DNA of 64,000 nucleotides from Aplysia californica (Eukaryota): NCBI RefSeq assembly GCF_000002075.1, contig NW_004797469.1, positions 757,229 to 821,228 of the forward strand, read 5' to 3'. Shown piece by piece: positions 27,650 to 39,345 of this stretch (position 1 is its first letter; each line of letters starts with the position of its first letter). The notes under the pieces were generated by a model. It saw only the letters and a program-made list of their open reading frames with translations, ran no database searches and was not told where the DNA came from. The position numbers and the translations under genes were made by a program.

Positions 27650-29140
27650 CATTCCATGACGGACTGGCAGGAAATGAAGAACTCGCCAGACTGGTGAAAC
27701 GACTGGATGAAACACCAACCAGATATTCTGATATGGCAAGGAACTTAGTGCCAATTAAACAAAGATGATGAGAAATAGTGACGAATCTATTAAAACCAAA
27801 ATTGCGGTCAATGGTCAACGGCTTGAAAAAGTCGACCTGTTTATGTACCTTGGTGCTACCATCAGCCAAGAAGGGTCCAAGCCAGAAGTCCATGCAAGAA
27901 TTGCACACACGACAGGGCGCTTACAAAACTAAGACCAATATGGAAAGTGGGCGCTCATATATTACCTTTTGAAGTTGCGAGCGCCGTAAAACCTACAACA
28001 AAAACAGAAGAAAAAAAACCAATGGAAAAGGAAAGATAGAAACATCTCAGTAAATTCCTAAATCAGACTACTCTACATGTATTCCCTCGTCATCTCCATC
28101 CTTCTGTATGCTTGTGAATCATGGACCTGGACAGTGGACAGCAGAGCTTCAAAGGAAGATCCAAGCAGCCGAAATGAGATGCTTTAGGCGACTCGTTGGC
28201 ATCTCATACAATTTGTTTTGTTTTGTTTTTGTAAAGTGTTTTACGGCGCTCGCAACTGCATAAGGTCATATGAGCGCGCAGGATACACCTAATATTTTCA
28301 GTTGGTAGGAAATTTTGAATTTTGCCCGGGTGGCGGCCGAAGCCTACTCTTATCGATTTTAGACCACCAAGGGATCTTTAACGTGCGCAATTTGCGCACG
28401 GGCCCTCCGACATTTTTCGCCCTTGTCCGAGAAGGCTATGTGTAGATCTTTCCTACCAGAAGATCAGGGGTGTGGCAGAAAGACAGCAGTAAGGAGGAGC
28501 CAAGGAGTAGCAATAGACAGGCTGCAGAAAGAGTCAGGAGCCCAGAGGAGGGGGCAAAGGAGGTGAGGGGGTGGGGGCAGAAAGTGGAAATGAAAGCAGA
28601 CGACAGAACATCGCTAGAGAGCAGGAAAGAAGGTGAAAGGAGACGATTTTAGAGAAGAAAAATTTTCAGTCGCTATCCGGATTCGAACCCGGGACCTTTT
28701 GAATGAGAGGCCAACACCTTAACCTCTGGGCCACGAGAGCCCCCTCTCATACAAAGACCACGTCACAAATGAGGAAGTGCGCAGTAGAGTGAAACAACAC
28801 GTAAGACACTATTTAGACTCGCTGTCTACCGTGAAACGAAGAAAAATGAATTGGTATGGTCATGTAACAAGATCGTGGGGCCCATCTAAAACCATTCTTC
28901 AGGGAACTGTGAAGGGGAGGTGAAAAGGAGAGGAAGGCAAAGAAAAAAGTGGACCGACAATATTGCGGAGTGGACAGGGAAATCCTTCGCACAAACTCAG
29001 GCACTTGCTAAAAAAAAAAAAAAAACGAAAAGAAAAACGTGAAAAGTAGAGGCACCTACCTAATGATTCTCTTTACCAATATTATCATACAGCGCCCCTA
29101 CAGTCTTCGTGGATTATGAGATCATCAGTAAGCAGTAAGT
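27650..29140 (+). mobile_element. RTE-clade LINE 3' fragment, interrupted by SINE A
   Basis: DGLAG, YLGATISQEGS, LYACESW, AEMRCFRR...ISYKDHVTNEEV, WYGHV and ILQGTV motifs. Confidence 0.85.
28212..28744 (-). mobile_element. SINE family A, full length
   Basis: A/B boxes (GGTTCGAATCC); 10-bp TSD tctcatacaa at 28202 and 28745. Confidence 0.92.
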
Positions 29141-29802
29141 CCATGGGGCCATCTTTCTCCATTTATCTCAATACAAGGTTAACCCTATCCGTACGCCCTG
29201 GGGTCATTTTGTACCCTCGGGGTTATATTGTTCACATTTTAGAATACTTCACTTCTACTTCTAGTACGAAGATCTCTTTAAAACTGTCAATATTTCTCAA
29301 AAATCATTTTGACAGACTGCTATGCAAAGCGTACGTATCGAATTAACGAGTAAATTTCCTCTTTGGAAAGTGATGGTACAGACAGAGTTCCCCACATCGT
29401 ATGGATACGCACGAGTCACATGTGATGACACATTGATCAGATGAAGATTTCATTCGAGAAAAAATATATACATGTTTTGCTTAAGTAAGTTGGTCAATGC
29501 GGACTGCATCGTGTGTGGAGTCCAAAGAGATTTAGTAGTACCTCTTAACTCGAGAAATCATTTCTCCGAGGACTTGTTCACCCATTGCACTAAGTTTGTC
29601 CATTGTGGTAGATGACAGATAGTTTATGTGTCCCTTGCAGGAGCTCGGGATACATTTGGGGGCCCCCTAAACGTTTATTTTGAAAGGACAGCCGACATCG
29701 GAGAATTCACGATGGTGAAATTGACAAATTAGCTCTTCAGTAGGGCATAGACACCGTTCTCTTTTATACCACAAGGGGAAACAATTCTTGGAAGCTGGGG
29801 AC

Positions 29803-29835
29803 CACAGAATTCTACACTTAGTGTAGAATTCTGTG
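29803..29835. mobile_element. 33-bp palindromic TIR remnant with 8-bp TSD (putative P-type footprint)
   Basis: ctggggac|cacagaattctacac-tta-gtgtagaattctgtg|ctggggac. Confidence 0.75.
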
Positions 29836-30618
29836 CTGGGGACAAAAGTCTACTTCTGCTCGTACCTGTTATTTTTCGACAAAAGTCTACTTCGGCGGGA
29901 ATAGACAATCTCGTTCATGTTATGTTTCGACAAAAGTCGTTCAAGGCAGTGAAAGGGTTACAACTTATTGCCTATAATATAGCGTCCCCGAGATTTCGTA
30001 AGTTTTCTAAAGAGTCTCTACGCCAAATGGCAACGCTTATATAGATCTACATGTTTTGTACATGTACATAATAAAATTATCATCACTGCCTATATTGGCA
30101 GGAAGCTCAGGCACCCTTTTCTCTCCCCCCCCCCCTTATCCGGCCCAGCACAGTTGTCTCAGCATAAAAATCCAGCAGGCCTATCGAGAGAGACAAAAAG
30201 CTATCAAAGTAGATTTCAAGGAACTCAGGCTCTACCCGTTGGTTCCCTTTGACTTTGTTTAATCGATCATGGTGATACTACAACAAAGAACTCCAATTTA
30301 CTCCAAAAGAAATCTAAGGGTACCCGGAAAAGTTGCAAATTGAAGGAAAAAGTCAAGAAACATTTCAAAAGGTGATACATGTACTGAGTATCCTGACCAC
30401 TGACGTGCACTGAAAACTTTGCTGAAGTTTTGTATTGACTGTGAGAAAGGAGAACATTGATACAGTTATTATGATCGTTTAGTGTTGGGGAAAAAAAAGA
30501 TAGAAACAATAGAGGTTGAGAACGGAAGTAGGATCCACCCAACTACCCACTCAAACCATATTTACACATAATTTTCATTCAAGTTTTTTTTTCTGATGGA
30601 CAACATTTTCTTAGTCAG

Positions 30619-30729
30619 ATTGGTCTGCAGGTTGCATGTCCTTGTTTGGCGTACCTAGATGGTGTCACCAATTTCCAATTCCCTGTGGAAATTATTCAGA
30701 TGGTTATTGTCATGTAACAAGACAACTTG
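30619..30729 (+). CDS. Candidate Cys-rich internal exon of the ShKT-domain gene
   Basis: ttttcttagtcag|AT...CTT G|gtaac; 111 nt, phase 1-1; (D)WSAGCMSLFGVPRWCHQFPIPCGNYSDGYCHVTRQL. Confidence 0.45.
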
Positions 30730-30812
30730 GTAACTTTTTCTGCCCCTGCCCTGGTCAAGCCCTTCGTCTGAAATGAGACATGGCATCACACTGTCCAAAA
30801 CAGAGCATAACT

Positions 30813-33800
30813 TCCTTCCTTCCTTCCTTCCTCTGGCTGACCTCCGTTAGGAGGGCGGCAGTCTGCCGCAGGCAGACAGGTAAGCGGCAACCTCTTGTGG
30901 CCTCGTCCAGAGTACATCTGGGCCCGGTCTCGTGTTGTTCTCCATAAGTGGGCCTCGATGTGCTTCCCCCCGCGGGGACTCATACAGTGCGTGCTGCAGG
31001 TCGTCAGGATTTGTGACACACGCCAGACAGGAATCATTGGGAGCGGAGCCTATTGCATGGAGATATGTCTGCAGGATGGGGCTCTTCGCGTTGCATCTTA
31101 GCTGTGATAACACTCTTCTCTGTCTGACGGTAAGGTCTTTTTCTTTGTCCCTCTCCGGTGGTGGCTTCACCTTTCCCCCGACGGAGTCGTGCACTCGCGC
31201 TTTCTCCCATGCGTGGGCAATGATGTAACGCGAGATGCACGAGCTTGCTGACGCGATATCGACTGAAGTGTAGGACTGGTCGAGGCGGCCTCCCTTGTTG
31301 GCCAGGGCGTCAGCTGGGTCGTTCCCGTAGATGTCGCAATGTCCTGGTATCCATTGTATGTGAAGGTGTCCGTGGATTTCACAGCATTGGCAGATAGTGG
31401 TCCACATTTTGTCCTCTATCTCAGTACGAATTGCAATCACTCCTGGACATTTGGTGTTGAACAACTGACTGGGAGTCAGTGAAGATGTGGATTCTTTGAA
31501 AACGTGGTTGTACAGTGCGCGGAGCAGGGCGGTAGTTTCAGCTCGGTAGCTGCTTCCGTATACCGCGGGCACGGATACGCATGTTTCCTTTCCAGAAGAT
31601 TTGTCTAGACACCAGCATCCTCCTCCACATAACCTGTAGCCGTCGGTGGCATGGCCGTCAGTGAAGATATCGAGGTCGGACGTAGGCAATCGGCGCACAG
31701 TCTCGAGAGCTGCTTCACGTCGCATATTAGGTGGATCTGTTTTTGTCGTAGACACTGCAAGTTTTGAGTTGATTGTGAGGTTGCAGGGGGTCTTCCACGG
31801 GGGAGTTGTACTCACTGGCCGCAGGGGTTCTCGGATTAGATGTTCTAGTCCCGCGTTATTAGAGCCCAGTCGGCCCACTTCCCTCCAACTGTTGATGGAC
31901 TTTAAGCGTATTTTTGATGTTCCTTCAGCTGAGGCACGGATCGGGTTGTCTTCTGGGACTCTTCTTGCTCTCTCGTATGCCACAGCAGTCGCAATGGTAG
32001 ACTTAACCTCAAGTGGGATGAGGCCAGCTTCGTTTGTGAGCAGCATCGCATTTGAGTCTCTCGTACATCCCGGTAATTATTCTGGCTGACGAGTTTTGAA
32101 TAACATTTAAGGTCTCACGATTTGTTTTGGCCGTTGCTGGGTACCAGTACCAGGCTGCGTGGGCATACTGGATGGCTGATCTGATGTACGCGATGTACAC
32201 CATACGTAGATCTTCTTTGCTGCATCCCCAGTCTGTGCCAGAGAGCCTNNNNNNNNNNNNNNNNNNNNNNNNNNNNNNNNNNNNNNNNNNNNNNNNNNNN
32301 NNNNNNNNNNNNNNNNNNNNNNNNNNNNNNNNNNNNNNNNNNNNNNNNATTGATATGTTCTTTAAATGTTAACTTGCTATCAAAGGTCACGCCAAGGAAG
32401 GTAGGTGTTTTGTTATAGGGCACCTCCTCATCTCCCATTGTAAGCGCCAGGACATTTCACGGTTCCATGTCGTGAAAAAAGAGTATTCGCATTTCGCCAC
32501 GTTAATTTCCATCTTCCAGCGTTTTGACCAATCGCAGATCTTGTTCAGATAAGAGCGTCTTGAACCATCGTGGCGCAGTGTCAAGATTTTCATGGGATGC
32601 CCATATTGCCAGGTCGTCTGCGAAGAGGCTGGTGTTGGTGTCTACGGGTAGGTCATCTACGATGCCGTTGATGTACGTGAGGAACAATGGTGGTGATAAT
32701 ACTCCGCCCTGAGGGACGACGGCGAGGAAGCGATAGTAGCGACTTTCTTTCCCCTCAAAACGAACTCTGGACCTTCTGTCGTCTAGATAGGCCTTGATCT
32801 GTCGTTGTAGACAGGTGGGCATTCCTAAGGCGTTTATCTTGTAGAGGAGTCCAGTATGCCACCTCTTGCCAAAGGCTCTTGAAAAGTCTATTAGACAGAG
32901 TATGGTTCTCTTTGCTCTGTGTCTTGGTCCAGAGTTGTCCTGAAGGTTGTCGGCTATGTGTTGCGTTATCCTGGCGATCTGGTCCTCTGTGCTACGCTGT
33001 GGTCGAAAACCGGCTTGCATATTGCATAGTTTTTGCTGGGTTGCCAACCAGAACGTCATTCTCACTTTTACTAATCTCTCGTATAATTTCCCAATGCAGC
33101 TTGTTAGTTGGATGGGTCTGTACGAGGTCATTTGGGCCGGGTCCTTCCCGGTTTTAAGGATAGGAATTATCGTACCTTTTCGCCAGGCTGTTGGGTATTG
33201 GGTAGTTTTCCACACTCTATTGTAGATATTCAAGAGAGAATTCAGGCCAGCTTCAGGAAGACGGGTCAGCATCATATTGTGGATTCCGTCATCTCCTGCA
33301 GACGTATTTTTGAGAACTTGTAGGGCAGCATTGAGTTCTTTCATAGTCAGGGGTGAGCATATTCCATTCTGGCATTGGCATGTTGTTTTCATTGCTGTGT
33401 AGTTACTTCGATACATCTTGCGATCAATGTTAATAGTTTCTCCTTTTTCTTCCAGTTCAGCCTTTGTGTCACTCTTAATACAGGAGACCTCACAGTACAT
33501 CTGGGCAAACTTCTTTGCTTTCTTTGCATTGTCTGTTATCGTCTGTTGGTTAACTATTAGAGCTGCTCCTTGAGGTGATGATCTAGATTTCCCATTCAGG
33601 GCATTCACAGTTTGCCATATTTTGCATAGGTTGCTACGCGAGTCTTGTGTCGATACGTAATTTTGCCAGCTTTTCCTTTTTGCTTCACGGGTGATGCCTC
33701 TGGTCTTGGTACACTGTTCCCGCCATAGTTCACAATCAAGCTCACTATTATTTGCTAGTTTTCTTAGTCTAGTGCGCTCGGTAACAGCTTCTTGTACTTC

Positions 33801-34671
33801 TGAGTTCCACCTTGCGGCTCTAGTTCCACTGCATCCATTGGGAATTGCAGTTTTTGCTATCTAGGCGATGATATTAGTCAGAATACTGTTTTGGGCATCA
33901 GTAGATTTTGCCTGAGCAATTTGTGCTAGATTTTCGTTGAACTCTAACTCCAGTAGCTCCGAGTATCTTTCCCAGTCTGTCTTGCGCAAGATCAGACGTT
34001 TTCTATGCGCAAGATCTGACGTTTTCTAGGTTTTGGTTTTGTCTTTTCTTTTGAAAGTAATTTGAATAGGAAGGTGGTCAGATCCCATGGAATTTTCCAG
34101 AACTTCCCATTCTGTCTTTAGCATAATGTTCGTATGACTGATGGAGACGTCAGGCGTTGACAGGCCGCCTGTGGCTGGGTTAACTCTTGTGTGGGACCCG
34201 TCATTTATAACCATCATTTAATTGGAGTCCACCCAATTTTCTATATATCAAGTCCTAGAGCATTTGAGGGCTGGTACAAGTCCCAAGTGTCGCTGTGTCC
34301 ATTTAAGTCCCCTAGTATCATAGAGTTTTCGGAGGTTGACCAGTATGCTGGGCTAAAATGTTGTGTTCTTTGATCTTCTGCATTGGCAGTGATAGGAGGA
34401 ATGTACACAATTGTAATTTGGAATTCCTCGTTTCCGTTGTAGTTGTAGATATTAAGGGAGTGTGTCTCCGTGGTGTTATCGTTTGGGGCCCGGTATGATT
34501 CGGTTATGTTTTTATGTTGTATGCCAGATTTTATCAGACTTATGATTCCTCCTCTGGCTGTGGTATCCTGACTGGTTCGGGTGACAGTTCGATTTGTCTT
34601 GATGGAGTTAAAACCTTTGAAGGTTGGACAGTAATCTGGTTTAAAGTTTGTTTCCTGAATGATAAAAATGT
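30813..34671 (-). mobile_element. Near-complete ORF2 of an Ingi/I-like LINE (APE-RT-RNase H)
   Basis: IIQET, LGDLNGH, GSDHLP; RT 32502-33608 (PQGGVLSP, FADD); RNase H 30847-32046 (WIPGHCDIYGND); (GGAA)n tail; 12-bp TSD cagagcataact at 30801 and 34672. Confidence 0.92.
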
Positions 34672-34734
34672 CAGAGCATAACTCATGCTAAACATAAATT
34701 TATATTGTTGGCATTATGTAAGAGAAGACCAACG

Positions 34735-34890
34735 TCTGTGCTGTAATGGTCAGGCTTTTCACTCTTATATGCAGACGATACGAGTTTGATTCCACAGAGG
34801 ATAAAGTATCCCCGTTTGTTTGCTGGTGGTATGTAACCCCTTAAGCCTGGGTTGAACCTGCAGGCACGGTCAAAGCACACAAACCCCCAA
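34735..34890 (+). mobile_element. Degraded tRNA-derived SINE head
   Basis: gtgctgtaatggtcagg (A-box-like) ... gagtttgattcc (B-box-like). Confidence 0.4.
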
Positions 34891-35363
34891 ATGGTCTAAA
34901 TTGCAAAGACAGGGGTGTAAAACACAAAATAATTATATATTGGCTTCATAATGCAAGTTAAAAAATGAGCAAGAGAGAAGAAAGAGGGTTGTGACAGTGA
35001 GTTCTGTGAAGCATCACGAATCTGTAGATCTATCATCATCCATATACATGTAGAGAAGAGATTCGTCCACAAATTGTTGGCAGAAATAATTGTCATGCAA
35101 CACTAAGTGAAAAGCCACTGGACCAGAATGGCTTTGAAGATTTCACCATCATAATCCTAATCTCTAGCTAGAATGATTATGATTTGATAAAAGGCTACAT
35201 CTAAACAAAGGTGGACCTAGATTTTCTCATGAGGCATTATGAATAATATTCGGCACTGTAAAGTGTCAAAAAAAAATTCTCGCTTATTGCACTAGTACTA
35301 GACTAGTGTCTCAGCAGAAAATAATTTTATTTTTATGGTTATGTTCATCATTGTTGCATACAG

Positions 35364-35492
35364 AAGACACAAGTCCAATTCCTGAGGAAGTTTATTTTTT
35401 CAATGAAGTATACTCAACTCCATTAAAAATGCCTCACTTTTCAAATGCTCGTAGTGTTTCACAAATTATGTGTATGATGAAAAGTACACAAT
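35364..35492 (+). CDS. Candidate internal exon of the ShKT-domain gene
   Basis: ttgcatacag|AA...CAA T|gtgag; 129 nt, phase 1-1, open frame (E)DTSPIPEEVYFFNEVYSTPLK...MCMMKSTQ. Confidence 0.4.
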
Positions 35493-35749
35493 GTGAGCTG
35501 GCCATTAGATGGGAAACATTCTTTTGTTAGCGTGGTCATCTCTAATTTTGTGCCAAGTGCATAAAACATTATGGTCTATTTTTTAATTTTTTTTTTGGGG
35601 GGGGGGGGGGGTGGGTGGTTCTATTGCAGGAATCAACTGGGATTCATCATCATCACTTAATTGTTGCGAGAAAGAAAACGTGTTCAGTTCATAAATTGAT
35701 CTCCTTTTTTACTCCTAACTGTATACTGTATGCCAAGTTTGACCATTGA

Positions 35750-36180
35750 GAGCGCAACCACACTATTGGGATTCTCAACGGCAGAGTAAGTCACAAGTGT
35801 ATTGCAACACGGTTTAACGCTGATTAATGGACAACTGAAAGGCTGCAAGAACGTTACCAGACAACTGGAAATGTCGCCGAAAAACCAGGGTTATGGCCAC
35901 ACAACAGAATCAGTATTTTTGTATGTATTGCCACCAAAGCGATTGTTTAGTTCCTGCCACTGTAGCAGCCTTCAGGGAACTAGGGGAACAGTATGTGCAG
36001 TCACCATTCAGCGCCAATTGTTTGAAGCAGATTTAAGAAACTGCAACACCTACGAAGACAAGCACCTTAGACAACCAGTACTTAAAAGTGAAAGCTAAGA
36101 GACTGGAAAGGAGCTATGCTTCCTGACGAGTTAAAATTTTGCGTAAGTCATAATGAAGGAAGGAGAAGTGTACACCAACC
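35750..36180 (+). mobile_element. Tc1 transposase N-terminal relic
   Basis: RLQERYQTTGNV...TVCAVTIQRQLFEADL...PDELKF (decayed SDESKF). Confidence 0.6.
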
Positions 36181-36904
36181 ATCAGGTCATCAATGTGCAG
36201 CAATTTCGTAAAGCTTCAGAAAGTGTTTTACAGCAAGTGTTTTACAGCACGTGTTTTGCGACACTTGCGTCACAATAAGGTCATATAAGTGCCGAAGATA
36301 AGAGGCGTTACAAGAGAGTAACAAACACAAAAAAGGAGGAGAGAGAAATCTGGACGACAGATGTTTGATAGGAAAGAAGAAGCAAACCACACCAGAGCAC
36401 CCGCTAACCACCCACTTTCGTAATGCATTGATAGCAGACTCGAATAGTATAGTGAAGAGAGCCATCCAATGTTCTATTCTGTCTATGCAGTGTCGAACAC
36501 TCGCTACCATTGCAACACTAGGCACCCATACTCGTGACTGTCCTTTTTATGGATGGGAGCGTGTTGAATATTGCATGACACAAACGCAGATTATACCATC
36601 TCTTTTGTTCAATATCTGTTGGTAATATATCCTCACACGTCCATGTAAATGCTTGTATTAATCCATGCCATAGTTTTCATTCCAAGCTCATTTCTGTAAG
36701 TGAGGTGTTTATAATGGAGCTGAGTATATATTCCTCTGCCCTCTAGCTTGCTGTATCTCTAGCAGCCCAGTTTGGCCTGGACAGTCATAATTGAAGCAAC
36801 CTGTCTCCTAATTGATCTAAATTGAATTGACGGGTGCTTGTGTAAAATTTACAATTAAAAAAGCATTTAAAATTTGTGTGATTTGCTTTTCATTCTCTTT
36901 TCAG

Positions 36905-37029
36905 ACGAGCTGGAAGGCAGTGAGTGCCGGAACTGGGCTGACTGTGATCCATATGGGTTCTCAATTTGCACAGAGCACAAGGCTTGGGCCAAGAAATGCT
37001 GCGCTCTTTACTGCAACTTTTGCCATTGA
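36905..37029 (+). CDS. Terminal exon encoding an ShKT (ShK toxin-like) domain
   Basis: Strong acceptor tgcttttcattctcttttcag; phase 1; ELEGSECRNWADCDPYGFSICTEHKAWAKKCCALYCNFCH*; C-x5-C-x7-C-x10-C-x3-C-x2-C spacing; AATAAA at 37133. Confidence 0.8.
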
Positions 37030-37595
37030 AATCCATGACAGCACCTGAAAAAAGAGTTCTTTGGAACTGTTAGAACAGGATAGAACAACAATTTGCTGGA
37101 TCACTAGAAATTGACCAACTAACACAAAAATTAATAAAATACTGGAGAAATGCCAAAACTTTATTGTCAAATAAGTCACTTTCAGTCAAACATGACAAAG
37201 TAATCAACTGACTCGTGTAATTAGCATGAACAAACTGGATTATGAACTCAAACACAGATTAGAATAATCTGCAAGGCATTCTCCTATGCCCCCAGTTTTA
37301 ATCCATACACCAATATTATTCATGACAACAGCCAGACTCTGAGCTTATTCATATCATTGTGAAAACTTTTGCGATTAACATTTGCTCATGACAGCAGCAT
37401 CCTTAAATCAGACATGCTCATTTTGGGGGAAAAAAATCACATATTACATAAAACAGCTACAAACTCAGGACATACACACACAAACTCTTTTTCACCAACC
37501 CCTACCTGACTTCGAACACTTTCATTCAAAACATTGAAAAATATCTTATTGACCACCAGTCGTACAGAATGATACAGGATTTAAACCAAAAAATC

Positions 37596-37653
37596 TCAGT
37601 CTTTCTCAGCAATGGATGCGAGGTAAACATCAGTCTCATTGTCAGCCAGTACC
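37596..37653 (-). CDS. PSMA6: PSMA6 exon 7 (stop)
   Basis: tttgcag|G...; VLADNETDVYLASIAEKD*. Confidence 0.93.
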
Positions 37654-37929
37654 CTGCAAAAGTAAATCGGGAAAGAGAAATCTATGATAATCTCAGCACA
37701 GTTTCAGTTTGGTTTGATAAAGGAGAACCAACACACTTACAGTAATTTAGTGTAAGAAAAAGGTAAGGTAGACAGACAGAAAAAAATGGAAAGAAAAGAA
37801 CTTGGATGTACCAGTGGCACTCTGAAACCACCCACAGCACAAGCTTTACTTACCTTTAACTTCCAACTCTTTGGTCATAAAAAATATTTTGTTCAAAGCT
37901 GTGTGCAAGCAGGTGTCCAGCTGCATTCA

Positions 37930-38220
37930 AATCCCGTCAAGGGCCCGACGTTGTGTCCTTGGGAAAGGCACTTTACACGAATTTTCCTCACTTCACCCAG
38001 GTGGGAATGGGTACCCGGCTATAGACAGCGAAAGATCTTGTCAGTTTGTTAGTGTTTGAGCTCTTAATCGGCTGCTTGCACTGTATGCTTCCCGGGAAGC
38101 TGAGAATGTTTAGGAGTGTTCTATGGTCTGCTGGGGTAATAATATAGTGTAAAGCGCATAGAGCCTGCTGCTGAGTGGGGATATGCGCTATACAAATGCT
38201 ATCTATTATTATTATTGTTA
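37930..38220 (+). mobile_element. CORE-type SINE with L2/CR1-like tail
   Basis: gttgtgtccttgggaaaggcactttac...cacccaggtgggaatgggtacc; tail tgtaaagcgc...gcgctatacaaatg...(att)n; partial copy at about 58310-58470(-). Confidence 0.75.
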
Positions 38221-38867
38221 TGAAATCCAATCTTAAACACTTGTCAACAGACATACACCATATTCAGAAAATGACTGACGAATCCTCGCAGATGACATCA
38301 TAGAACACCAGAAAAACTATTTAGTAAGGTCTCTTTTTCAGATTTCAAGACAAGGAAAGCCACACACAGATGGTCAAGTACGGCCGGGGAAAAAAAAAAA
38401 CAAGTTAAAGAAAAGCAACTACCCACGTCCAGTTTGACATAAAAAACACTGGGCAAATTATTTGAAGAATGACAAAGGCATATAAAAATCTATACAATAA
38501 GGACAGTTAAAAATATCTTAGTAACCAAACTTACTTGCTAACCCCCCCGCCAAACTTCAGTTCCTTGTCTAGAAACCACCTCTTCGTTCCACTGCCTCTT
38601 TGACACACTTTTTCCCATGAGATGCTGATCAGCGACAGTGAAATATAGCAACAAAAACGTGCAATGAGCTCCTTTTAGACTTGTTAAAGTTACAATTTCC
38701 TTTCTGAATGATTTGTGTGGACGAGTGCAAAAATCAATTTAATTGGAGTGACTCTTTTTTGGTGAAAATGCCAAGCAGACCTAGCTTGAGCACTGCTTTA
38801 CACTGATGCCACAACGAGGATTCAGGTGATGAATGTGCTAGATAAAATGGTTTTAGTTCTAATTTTA

Positions 38868-39297
38868 CAGTGGACTCCGATATTTGATAACATTGGAAAA
38901 CAATTTGTCCTTTATAATTAGTTACAGGTAAATCGAGAGTGTGAAACTATTAAGCATGACATATTACGCGTACATGTAGCTAGGCTTAGGGCAAGATCGA
39001 AGTCTGCAGCACACTGCGTCCGCAGCCCTCTCTTGCTTCACCCGCTGCGTGTGCTTGCAGTGGCGTGGCTAGCATTCATGGGCTTGCTCCATCACTGCGT
39101 TACTGTCTCTCTCTCACTTTTTACACATAGTTAACGAGCCTTTGTCCCCGATATAACCGATTGGGCTCCGACGCGGCCCTGTTATTGCCGATAACTTTTA
39201 ATAGAGACAAAGAGTAGAAAAAACGGGGATTTAAAAAAGCCCTGTTATTACCGGATCCCTGTTATTACCGGGTCTGTTTTATATATGGCTTCCACTG
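38868..39297. mobile_element. pogo/Tc1-like MITE
   Basis: TA|cagtggactcc ... ggcttccactg|TA. Confidence 0.75.
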
Positions 39298-39345
39298 TAA
39301 TTCCTTTTTTGGTGAACATGCAATCGTCAAATTTCATTTCCTTAA

